NCBI GenBank assembly: GCA_030265395.1
Contig: JARFYF010000002.1
Coordinates: forward strand, 62,848,586-62,912,585
DNA length: 64,000 bases
Source: Rhina ancylostomus
Taxonomy: Eukaryota
Direction: 5' to 3'
In this document: positions 40,460-52,344 of the stretch, in pieces
Numbering within the stretch: the first letter of the stretch is position 1
Layout of the letters: every line of letters begins with the position of its first letter
Translations under genes and position numbers: made by a program
Notes under the pieces: model-generated
Database searches by the model: none
What the model saw: the letters and a program-made list of their open reading frames with translations, nothing else
What the model was told of the DNA's origin: nothing

Positions 40460-41225
40460 GGTATTAACATATTGGATGACCTGTCCTGGGCCCTGCCCAT
40501 GGATGCAATCACAAGGAAGGCGCGCCAGTGTCTTTACTTTCTTAGGAGGTTATGGAGGTTCAACTTGTGACCAAATACTCTAACAAACTTCTACAGATGT
40601 ACTGTTGAAAGTATCCTGACTGTTTGCATCGTGGTCTGATACAGCAATTTGAATGTGCAGGAATGCAAGAAGCTGCAGAGAGGAGTGGACTCAGCCCAAA
40701 ACATCATGGGCACATCCCTCCCCACCATCAGTAGTACCTACAGGAGGCACTGTCTCAAGAAGGCAACATCCATCATCAAAGATCCCCACCAACTGGACCG
40801 TGCCATCNNNNNNNNNNNNNNNNNNNNNNNNNNNNNNNNNNNNNNNNNNNNNNNNNNNNNNNNNNNNNNNNNNNNNNNNNNNNNNNNNNNNNNNNNNNNN
40901 NNNNNNNGGGCAGGAGGTACAGAAGCCTGAAGTCCCACACCACCAGGTTCAAGAACAGTTACTTCCCTTCAACCATTCAGTTCTTCAACCAGCTCAACCC
41001 TATCATTACAGTTTAGCAACACTATGTCAACTCTGATCACTTTGCACTGAAATGGACTTTGCTTTTTTTTTGTTTGAATTGTGTTCTTGTTTAATTTTGT
41101 ATAATTTGTTTCTCTTGTGAACGCTGCCTATGACGCTATGTGCCTGTGCTGCTGCAAGTAAATTTTTCATTGTATCTGTGCATACATGGACATGTGACTA
41201 AGACAATAAGGTCCACTTTGACTTT
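40460..41225 (+). mobile_element. Rex1/Babar LINE 3' fragment (gap inside)
   Basis: ECKKLQRGVDSAQNIMGTSLPTI..YRRHCLKKATSIIKDPH; TTRFKNSYFP; (ACTTTG)n-like tail. Confidence 0.92.
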
Positions 41226-43312
41226 TATTTTATTTATAATCTTCTAAGTTCTGTCCTCTTGTTACATTATTGGTATTTTAACCTTGTCCTTTAAATGGAT
41301 TCAAACTTGTTGGGGGGGATGGGGGGAGGGCGGTGGTGTTGAGAGGAAGGGTGGGTGTATATTTTCAGGCATGAAACTTGGACCTGCTAGGAACATGGAA
41401 GAACTGCTATGAGGTAGGTAGAACCAGAACACTAAAGCATTGGGGCAGCATTCAGGAGAGTTATGTTCCTGAAAATGTACATCACAGGTTTGGCGGTGTA
41501 TGCTGAGTGAGACTGAAAACTTGCACAGTGGTCAATGGAGAAAGCATCTCATCATCTTCAGAGCCACAAAAAGCATTTGCCTGCTGAATCCAACTGTTCC
41601 CATTCCCTTTTGTTTGCAGGGTTGCTGAGCCCAGGGAACTAAACATAAAACGTTGCAAAATAACAAGAGCAGAGATTCATTAAACTAATTAGTCACTTGC
41701 CTTTCTTTCTAACCTCATGGACACTCTGAAACCTATTGCAATCAAAGTAGAATGGGGCTAGTTGGGAACAGTTTTCTCAAAGCACTTCCCAGGCTCCCTC
41801 CCCTGACACTTTATTGAGATCGGTGAGAATCATCGTTGACACCACAACTGATTCGTTGCTTGCATTGAATTATTGCACATGTTATAAGTGCAGAATGGTA
41901 GAATTAAATGACTAGGCAAGCACAAATTCAGCTGCACATATAAATCATTTAACCAAGCAAATGTCGTTAAAAGCATTTCCAAGGCTTGCTTAATTCATTT
42001 GTTTTGAATCAGTCAGATTTGATAGAACTCCTGCTCTCAGTTAGCCACAAGTGAATTGCTGCTTGCCTGGTGGGGTCTCTTTCTTAAACAACTGCCTGNN
42101 NNNNNNNNNNNNNNNNNNNNNNNNNNNNNNNNNNNNNNNNNNNNNNNNNNNNNNNNNNNNNNNNNNNNNNNNNNNNNNNNNNNNNNNNNNNNNNNNNNNN
42201 NNNNNNNNNNNNNNNNNNNNNNNNNNNNNNNNNNNNNNNNNNNNNNNNNNNNNNNNNNNNNNNNNNNNNNNNNNNNNNNNTGATGATATGGGGACCAGAT
42301 TGCAATTTTAATTTGGACCTGTGTGCAAAAACCACTGAGAAAGAGGATAGGTCCAAGAAGAAGCTGAAAAAGATCTTTGTGTAATTTGTGGGTTCAGGAG
42401 AACAGAGCTCCACTCCATGTCTCCACTACCCTGTGCTTTTATCCCATTTCTCGTACATAAGATTTCAATAACACTATCCAGATTCTTGTCAAAATAATAT
42501 AAAACTCCCAATATTTCAGTTGGTCATACAATGCAATATGACCCACGTGAACTAATTTCAATTTGTGAGACTCTGCATAATTATCACAGCCATATTTTTC
42601 TATTTAATTACAGGAATTGGGATATAATAATGACATCTATCAGTAATATTTCAAAGTTTATGCATAATTAGTGACAAAATCCATTAAATACAGAGATATT
42701 TCCTTTCTCTCCATATTGCAGTTTAATATTGCACATGTCCAAACTAGTTCTTTATTTCCATCAAGAAAGTAGAATCAACTGAGAAATTATTGTTTTTATC
42801 TCTCATATGTACCCCTGGTGTTCTTTAGTGGCTTCCAGGAAATAGAATTGACTTAATATAGGTTTTNNNNNNNNNNNNNNNNNNNNNNNNNNNNNNNNNN
42901 TTTTTTGCTTAATTAACAACTGTGCTGAGATGGATTGAGCTGATTTTATTGAGATCCTAGATTACTTAATGTGAAATGGGCTTCTGCTACATCCCATAAC
43001 ATATCTTGTGCTGCATCACAGCTAAAGTACAGTTCAATGGTGAATGGAGTATATTTAATTCATGTTTGACAGTGTTGTCATGTGAACTTGTTTTTAGAAC
43101 TAGCAGCATTTTTCAATGATAACTAACTAACACTATTACAATGTAAAACATTGAAGACTACGATGAGAATTCAGTGAGGTTTTTATCAGTGATATTCCAG
43201 ATCATATGTGCAGGTGTAACTCAAGTGTAGCACAATTCCCTCATTTTTCCCTGGACCTCACTTAACACTATTACAAAGCTATATACCTGTATTACCTTGT
43301 CTTTGGAGTACG

Positions 43313-43433
43313 TTGCATAACCTGTGCCAAGTTATGTAAATTTTTATGCAAGCCTTCTGTATTACAACTTCATTCCAGTTGTAATACAGAAGACTGGCAT
43401 AAAGATTTACATAATTTGGCACAGGTTATGCAA
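43313..43433. repeat. Near-perfect inverted repeat: 57-bp arms, 7-nt loop, 4 mismatches
   Basis: 43313-43369 is the reverse complement of 43377-43433 at 53 of 57 positions. Confidence 0.97.
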
Positions 43434-44440
43434 TTTGGTGTAATTAATTTCTGTTTGACAAAGTCATCAAGTGAAGTTGAGTACAAAGATGCCAGCATCA
43501 TTTAACTAATACTAATGCAAGGTCAAGCACTGAAGAATACAGGTATTCGGCATGTACTGCATGCTGAACCACACACCATGTTTTGTGTACCACTGATCTG
43601 GGGCAATCCAATTTAGAATTAAGCACGTGTAAAGTGGTTTATCCTCCTCTTGTGAAATCAAGTATTGATAGGAGCTTTAATCCTACATCTAAGTTCACCA
43701 AATAAATTGGGAAGTAGGTTTATTTACTGTAGACTGTTAGACAGCTCAAGTGATGGAATTATATTAATTAGTACATTACAGCCTTTCTACTGACTTAGAT
43801 TATTCCATGTACCCTGAAAATTTGAGGGTTTTTTGTTGTTGGAGGCACAAGTACCTATAAGATACATGGGATGGAACAAGAAATGTATTTTTGAGTCATT
43901 CTGTCTTTGCCCATTATCTGCTCGTATTTTACTTTTTTATAGCAATAAAATGGAATTTGCATTCAACAACCAGTAAGCATGCATAATGAAACAGGCCAAA
44001 CCTTCAGTTCTTATTTCATAATGTGGAGCTTTTTAACAATACCATGAAAAGGTTAGAAAATAAACATAATAGTAAAACGTAAACAAGGATCCACAAATTG
44101 GACTGTGATGAAGCATAAAATTATGTTGCACAAATGTGAATTCCAGGCATGATGAATTAATAGATTCAAGAGGCTTAATATGTCAGCTATTATAAAAGTA
44201 CACAATTCATGAGTTTTTTCCATTGAAGAAAATACTGACACTTAACCATGCTACATTAGCATATTTGGGTGGGGGGAATTTCATAAAATTCTTTTACCCA
44301 TGCTGGCAGCTTTTTTGTAAAGCATAAGTAAAGCATTGGCCTTTTAACAACCTGAGTCAAACAGTTTCTTTCTGGGTACTGACACTTCTGTTTCCAAAAA
44401 TCTATAAATTAACCTTCATGTGCCATGTATTTTCTTTCAG

Positions 44441-44481
44441 TCTCAGGACTGCTTCCAATTCTGACTTCCCTCTGTGTACAA
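44441..44481 (+). other. Candidate 41-nt internal (5' UTR) exon
   Basis: Branch-like ATTAAC at ~44408, acceptor tattttctttcag|, donor CAA|GTAAGC; unique sequence. Confidence 0.4.
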
Positions 44482-45564
44482 GTAAGCATAAATTACCATT
44501 TCGGCAGGGTTGGCTGTCTGATTATACTTCTGCCATGAAATAACAAAGCATTAATTGGCACAGATCAGGAACTGAGCAAAGCTTCATTTCCCACTTCATA
44601 GCACTAAGCATTTGTGCTATTACATTCAGTCCCTGTGCACTATACTAAAATTCTGGGTTTTTTTTAGGAAAATCTTATCAAGGACCACCAATTACTTTTC
44701 TTTCTAGCACAATTAAATTGGAGGAGAAAATAGAAATTGGCTATTTGCACCAATTTAATGTAAACCTTGACATTTGCAGGAATAGGGATTTTAATAGAAT
44801 CACTATGATGCCTTTGAATCAGCCCTATGTACGGCTTTCACATTTTAATGTATTGAAGAATTAAGCATCAAAAGTCAGTGAAAAAGTACTTGAGAATGTT
44901 TATGAAAAAATGTATTAGTTTATATTTGAGCATTTTGTGCATTTAAAATCATTGGCAGGCCTAACAAAATAATAAGGCATTATTTCTGAGTTTGATACTC
45001 GCATTTCTAGGTTATTGCTTTCTCCTTTCTCCTTCCAGGTATTATTCAGTCCCAGTAACTTGTGACTGAAGCTTGACTGACAACAATAAAAAGAGTTATT
45101 GTTAACCCTGGAAGTGCTATTTCAGTTTATTAGCATACACTACAATTTCTCAGCAATAGAGTCTTTCATTTCAAAAGCTTGCAAACGGATAGCAGATAGT
45201 CTTCTGGTTGTTCACCTGTGTAGTTCGGAAAACAGCAGCAAACCTCTTCTGAAAGCTATAAGAGAAAATATCAGGCACTATTTGCAGAGATTTTTGTTTA
45301 CTTTCACAGGCTTTAGTTTCTTAACTGTAACTTCCTGACAGATAACAAAGTTTTAATCTGGATTGGTAAAAAATGCTTATCAACATAGATCACATTTACA
45401 GCTGGAGTGTATTGCATTGTATACATCAGCTTTGGCCTACTTGCTTTGTGAAGTTTTGCAACCTAGAACTAAGTTCAAATTTGGGCTAGAAATCATTAAT
45501 GGCTCTAAAAGTACTCAGTAAATAGTGGTTAATTAGTGGATTAACAGCCAGAGTTTTAGACCAG

Positions 45565-46652
45565 TAATTCGGACTGGATCCTTGACTTTCTGACCAACAG
45601 ACTACAATCAGTGAGGATAGGCAACAATACCACCAGCATGATTATTCTCNNNNNNNNNNNNNNNNNNNNNNNNNNNNNNNNNNNNNNNNNNNNNNNNNNN
45701 NNNNNNNNNNNNNNNNNNNNNNNNNNNNNNNNNNNNNNNNNNNNNNNNNNNNNNNNNNNNNNNNNNNNNNNNNNNNNNNNNNNNNNNNNNNNNNNNNNNN
45801 NNNNNNNNNNNNNNNNNNNNNNNNNNNNNNNNNNNNNNNNNNNNNNNNNNNNNNNNNNNNNNNNNNNNNNNNNNNNNNNNNNNNNNNNNNNNNNNNNNNN
45901 NNNNNNNNNNNNNNNNNNNNNNNNNNNNNNNNNNNNNNNNNNNNNNNNNNNNNNNNNNNNNNNNNNNNNNNNNNNNNNNNNNNNNNNNNNNNNNNNNNNN
46001 NNNNNNNNNNNNNNNNNNNNNNNNNNNNNNNNNNNNNNNNNNNNNNNNNNNNNNNNNNNNNNNNNNNNNNNNNNNNNNNNNNNNNNNNNNNNNNNNNNNN
46101 NNNNNNNNNNNNNNNNNNNNNNNNNNNNNNNNNNNNNNNNNNNNNNNNNNNNNNNNNNNNNNNNNNNNNNNNNNNNNNNNNNNNNNNNNNNNNNNNNNNN
46201 NNNNNNNNNNNNNNNNNNNNNNNNNNNNNNNNNNNNNNNNNNNNNNNNNNNNNNNNNNNNNNNNNNNNNNNNNNNNNNNNNNNNNNNNNNNNNNNNNNNN
46301 NNNNNNNNNNNNNNNNNNNNNNNNNNNNNNNNNNNNNNNNGAAGATACAGGAGCCTGAGGGCACATACCACCAGGCTCAAGAACAGCTTCTATCCCACTG
46401 TGATAAGACTATTGAACGCTTCCCTTATACAATGAGTTGGACTCTTGACCTCAATCTACCTTGTGGCGACCTTGCACCTTATTGTGTACCTGCACTGCAC
46501 TTCCTCTCTAGCTGTGATATTTTACTCTGTACTGTTATTATTTTTACCTGTACTCTGTACTACCACTGTGTAATGAATTGGCCTGTACGATTGGTATGTA
46601 AGACAAGTATTTTTCACTGTACCTCGGTACAAGTGACAGTAATATACCAATA
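45565..46652 (+). mobile_element. Rex1/Babar LINE, mostly within an N-gap
   Basis: WILDFLTNRLQSVRIGNNTTS before the gap; RYRSLRAHTTRLKNSFYPTVIRLLN and 3' UTR after it. Confidence 0.9.
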
Positions 46653-46654
46653 CA

Positions 46655-46930
46655 TGAGTTCAAATCCCACCTTCAATAGCTAGGGAATTGCAGAAAACTT
46701 GCTTTGTTTTTAGGGTTAGTTTCAATAATGGTAACCATGAAACTATATTGGATTGTCATTCAAATCAATCTGCTTCACTAATATTTTTAAGGGAAGGAAT
46801 CTGTTATCCTTGCCTGATCTAAGCTGTATGTGATTCCAGACATGCCAAAGTGCATGACTCTTTGATGCCATCTCAGTTCAGAGCAACTGAAGGATGAATG
46901 ACAAATGGCAGCTTTGTCTGGAGGATGAAT
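46655..46930 (+). mobile_element. tRNA-derived SINE, same family as 3425-3785
   Basis: gagttcaaatcccacc...aatggtaaccatgaaactatattggattgtc...agggaaggaatctg...ctcagttcagagcaactgaaggatg. Confidence 0.75.
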
Positions 46931-48949
46931 TCATTTTAAAATAAAAAGATGATAAAGGAATATTAACAATTTTGCTAAAACAACAGACAGAATAATGTTG
47001 AACCAGTGCATCATATGAATCTGTCATGCACCTTCTTGAAGGAAGGTGGGGAGGAGGAAAGAAGGAAGACAGAAAAGATTGCAGTAAGAAACAGAAGCTA
47101 TAAGCTCTTGGTATTTAGTCATAAGATCCCAACCGAAGTATTCTTCTGCTATGTGATCTTTACTGTACTGAAATTACTACATGGGTCTCTGGTCAGAGAA
47201 CACTTGTACTGAAAAGCATCTAAGCAAGTACATATGGGGGTTTGATGCACCTTTGGAAATAAATGTTTGCATGTTGGATTCTTCTAATTTTATTTCCAAC
47301 ACTTTAGTACACAAAACCTATATGCTCTTAAAATTGATTAGTTTTGAGAGGCTATTTGCAGAGGATAATTCAGACCAATGAAGGATGCAGTATTATGTGG
47401 CTGTCATCTTTTAGGAAGAACTGTAACCAAAACAGTGGTCATTGCTGGCAATACATTTTCTGCAACTGAACTACTGAGCCATCCTTGCTGACAGCAACAT
47501 AGAACTTTCTCAATGGATTCTTTGTGCTAGATCATAACTGGCTTTTGATGAGGTTTGCTTCAAAATATTTCACAACCCACTTGGGAAATGGCAATGTATC
47601 ATTGAGGTTTCTTCTCTTACAGGAAGCTCAAATGGTTTAATTTAATACTCCTGAAAGAAGAATGCTGATTCTGAAAGAATCTGAGTAAAGCTTAATTTCA
47701 TCTGTTAATCAGCTTATCCTTTGCCTTCATCTTCAAAGAAGTGTTTATTAAAAATAGCATTAATTAGTTTTGTTGTAATTTTCAATGTAGTTATGTCTAT
47801 TGATTACATTGAGACATTTAACATCTGCAACAATGCTCCAGTCTCTGAAAACCTATATTTAAAGTAATTGACATCAGAAAAATTAATTTATTTCAGCTTA
47901 ATTTTTATTCATATTTTCTCATTTTCTGCAAGTATATTAATTCTGTTCCTTTTTGTCAATCAAAACTATGAATAGAAAATTATTTTTGAGTGAATCATAC
48001 ATCAGTACCTCTTCTATTTCTTGTCATTAAGAATGAGCAGCTTACAAGCTGAACACTTAAGAAAAATTCTTATGTTGTGGATGGGCTAGTTGTGGCAAGA
48101 TTCTTTTGCCTTTTGATTAAGTCAGTGCATTATGCAAATAGGCTTGAACCAAGGCCAATGACCTTGTGCATACATTTCAGAGCTACCAGTAGCTGATACA
48201 TGACATGAAATACCTTTTTCTAATTTGAATGAATAAATTCACTGCATCTATGTGTATATATAGCATATATCACCGCAGGTTGCATTACTGCATTATACCT
48301 ACTTCCTGTATAAATAATCCAAAATAAAATCAAAATAAATATATACTTAAAACATTTTTTAAATGGAGAAAGAAATAATCAGAATTTAGGATGTAACTTT
48401 TATTTCTCTTGATGCATTGCTTAAAACTGTTGTTTTAGCAGATTAAATGATGAAATATTTAACCTCATTATTTATCATTTCAGATGGAATCTCCATTTCG
48501 AGTAGACATTTGAACAATGAACACTGTTAGCACCAAATGAGCAGCAGTCCAAATATATTTCATTTTACCATTCCTTGTTACAGGTTTGTTCGATAAAATG
48601 TTGGTTTGCAAATTCACTTCCACTGTGCACGGAACTTCAGCTGGCTAGCCCCATGCCTCATTGGACACTGAAAATTCAATGATCAACTTTAAGTTACAGC
48701 CTCATCCACTGATGTTGAAAATTACATGCATCTTTTTATTTCTCCTGCCAACCTTGCCTCTTGCTTTGCTTTCTTGGATCTTTGTTTTATAACACTTTGA
48801 TTTGCATTGTCATATTTTAATAGTGTTTTATTTTTTCGAAGAATACAAATATTTCATAGTAGTATGTTGATTTTTAAAGTGGTTAATATGATGAGAGTTT
48901 GCCTTGATATTGTTCTCCAGTCCTCCCTTGTTTAATTTTCTCCTCCCTG

Positions 48950-49250
48950 TTTCCCTGAAGTGCTGGTTGATGCTGGTTATGTCCTCTGGAGCCATCCAAA
49001 TGACCATTAATGTGTTAGGTTTAGTGATGTGTCAGAGGGATATGTGACCTACAGTATCTAGCCAAGTTGAGTTTTGTCCCCACGTGTGCACTTCCAACAG
49101 AGGTTACTGATGAGTAATCAGGCATAGCAATCCTGTCTGGGCTTTTTTTGCACTCCTTGCCCAGAAGTGCTAAGACTAATTATAGCACTCCAACTGCTGC
49201 TTCAAGCAAGATCAGCTAATTCAGTGCAGCCCATGAATTTGTAAGACTTA
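48950..49250 (-). mobile_element. Ancient tRNA-SINE remnant (AmnSINE2-like)
   Basis: gtgcacttccaacagaggttactg...taattatagcactccaactgctgc...agatcagctaattcagtgcag resembles the reverse complement of AmnSINE2 as recalled. Confidence 0.45.
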
Positions 49251-50734
49251 GCACTTTAGCAGGCAGTACCATTTTGTGTTTTTTTAAAAACTGAAAATAC
49301 TGAAGTTAGACAGCAGCCATTGGTAGAGTTGGTTTTAAGTTGCTTGCCTTTCATCAGAATGAATCAATCTTTATCTAGAGAAACTGGTAAATTGACATGC
49401 TTGGGAGTATAGTTTGAGATAGGGTTACAACATTGCTCAGCCAATTATCCAACCACACTTTCATCAAATGCCTCTCCTTATTGGCTTTGAATTCTGTAAA
49501 TTTTACCTTCAGAAGTATTCTCACTAATTTTCTTTTAGAATCTGTTTCAAATCAAACATTCCACCCACCTTTTGGAATCAAACAACTTCATTATGAAACC
49601 CAGGAAATTATAGTATTAAGATTTTTTTTCTCTGCTGAATTATTTTCCATTAACGATAGCTTCTTGCTGAAAGCTGGTTTCCTGACATATTTTACTAAAG
49701 TGGCTTGTGGAAATATTTCAATATGCTGAAGTCACAAATATACAAAAATTGAAATTGAATTACTGGTGAACAAGAAGCTCTGCAGTCTGTTTGCCATAGT
49801 TCCTCCATGTTGAGGCATTCCTGTTTTATTTGTTAGCCAGCACTCTGTTCATACTGCTTTCCTTCTGTCTAAAGAAAAATGGCTTGAATTTATCATAAGT
49901 CATATGCATAAAGTGATGAATATTTTGTATTCGGTTACAGGGCTTTGCAATGTGTATCTTGATGTTTCAATAATCTATTTTTATAAAATGGATCAGACCA
50001 GAACAGTGACCCAAATAATTTCAGTCAGTAGGAATGATGGTTTATGCACAAAACTAATCACTGTTCTAACCAGGCAATTCTAGTACATCTATAGCTTTGA
50101 AATATAACTGACAATGTCCATAGGTCACCAATTACATGAGTTCTTGTGTTCAACTGGTGGCAAAGGAATGGACAGAATTTTATTATTTGGAAATGTGTTG
50201 CTCGATTCCTCTTTTGCAAGGTTAAGGTTGGGGTGGTTCCAGAGAGTACCTTTATTGGCTTAACTATAGGGAAATGCAGCATGGTTGAGATATGGGAAGG
50301 ACTACTGTGGGGAAAGAAATAGGAAGAGGTGGAGGAGAATTGGTGGAGCACTTATCACAGAAAGGACATACTTGGTGTATTGCATCTGGTAAGGGACNNN
50401 NNNNNNNNNNNNNNNNNNNNNNNNNNNNNNNNNNNNNNNNNNNNNNNNNNNNNNNNNNNNNNNNNNNNNNNNNNNNNNNNNNNNNNNNNNNNNNNNNATT
50501 GGACAAGACACCAAGGATAAAAAAACTATCATGGGATTTTTATGTCGTATCTGAGGCAGGGTCTCAGAGGCAGCCTAGCAGCACAGCTATTAGTGTTGCT
50601 GTCTCTCCGCTTCAGCCACCCAGGTCAGTGCTGCAGGACTAAGACCATGTTATCTTGAGAGTTCTCTACAAAGAATGCTCTCAGGGTGTTTATAAGGACC
50701 TAAGAAGCAGTCCAGGAGCAGATGGACTGGCCCC

Positions 50735-50917
50735 GTTTGTGGGAGGAAAGGAGTTGTCAATGTTTCGGGTCGAAGCCCTGCATCAGGTCCTGCTGCTTGT
50801 TTTCTTCAAGGACCCTGATTCGGAATTTCGACTTGAAACATCAACGTCTTCCTCCGGCAGATTGTTTGTTTTGTTTATTGATCCAGATTCCAGCATCTCC
50901 AGTCTTTTGTGTCTCCA
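50735..50917. mobile_element. Inverted pair of Penelope terminal repeats with decayed hammerhead cores
   Basis: Minus strand CTGATGCAGGGCTTCGACCCGAAAC (50786-50762); plus strand CTGATT...GAAAC (50815-50839), followed by agattccagcatct. Confidence 0.7.
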
Positions 50918-52344
50918 GAATTAATGAGAAGGGGAAAGATAGAAGGTGGGGCTAGGGCAGATCAAAGCCTGGGAGTAGGCTAGTCCTGGGGCTGGTGATC
51001 TGCTTGGAGTTTGGAGATGGTGAGGGTGGAGATTGTCAGTGGAGAACAGCCTGAAGGTTGAAGGAAAGTAAATGACTTGATTTACTCTGCCTCTGTGGTA
51101 TAGCATCTTGTTATTCTGGGAGTGTCCAACAATGGATATTCCTAGGAGAATGTGGTCCAAATTCCTTGCAATGCATCAAGCTGGTGATGCATCTGAAAGT
51201 GCCTGGTCAAATTACGTGTGTGAAATGAAACAACCTTGAAATTGTATTTCAAGCATTTCACTCTGTGGGAAATGCTATTCTGAGTTGTGTAATACTGGTG
51301 GAGGGTGGTGGGGGGGAGAAACATGCCTTTTTCTGTGTGATTAGAATTTCCACTCGCCTTCCTCCATGATTTTCACCACTTCAAGAATTACATTCTGAAG
51401 TGACCATTCTATTAGGTGACTGTTCCTCTGCCTGAAACATTACTAATGTGTCTTAAAAGTATGTTGTTTTGAGATTAAATCTGAGTGAACTTTGTTTCAT
51501 TCCACTGAACCAAATTTTGATGCCATAGAACTAGAAAGTAAACCTCCACCTTTTGTGTATGTGGCTACAATACATAATGGAGAGAAATCCAACTGGTGCA
51601 TGACTTTTTTTTAGTCATGAAATCAGCCTTCAGTCTTTGAATTTTACATTGCAGTTGCTGAATTCTCAAATACACTGAAATCGCAAGGATGTGATACTGA
51701 CTCCTTGTTGTTCAGGTCACTCTAATAAATATGTAAATTAGCATGCTCACCTCTGCCAGATTCAACTTTTGGTACACTATATTTGTTCATATTAAAACTT
51801 GCCTACAGGTCCTTGGAGATAACAGGAAGCAAATAACATAAGCTTTATTTATAAAGATNNNNNNNNNNNNNNNNNNNNNNNNNNNNNNNNNNNNNNNNNN
51901 NNNNNNNNNNNNNNNNNNNNNNNNNNNNNNNNNNNNNNNNNNNNNNNNNNNNNNNNNNTTTATTTATAAAGATCCTAATCTGCATCAAGTGAGTTTCTGG
52001 ATAATCAGTTGGAATGTTTGTGGATCTTTTGGACTATTTATGACCATGTTAGCTTTTCTATCTGCTTTCAAAAAATTCCAGAGTTTGTTTGAAACAGCAG
52101 GGTAGCATTGCCCAATAGCTTGCAAAACACAATAACTTTGTTGACATTAACCTTGAGGAATAGGAGGGAGTGCTGAAAGTCCGAATGCAACAACTAGCAG
52201 CTGTTGACAGAAGGAGACAAATAGGGAAAGGGTGAAAATAAACTTCTGCCCTATGAAATTAAAAACTGCTTCTGTAACAATACTAATGAATTTTATTGTT
52301 TTTGGTTTGCTTAACTGAAACTGAATAAGCCAAATATCATAGTT

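Noticed and set aside
41590-41700. Strong acceptor-like site (cccttttgtttgcag| at 41619)
   Set aside because: No convincing donor or poly(A) signal downstream
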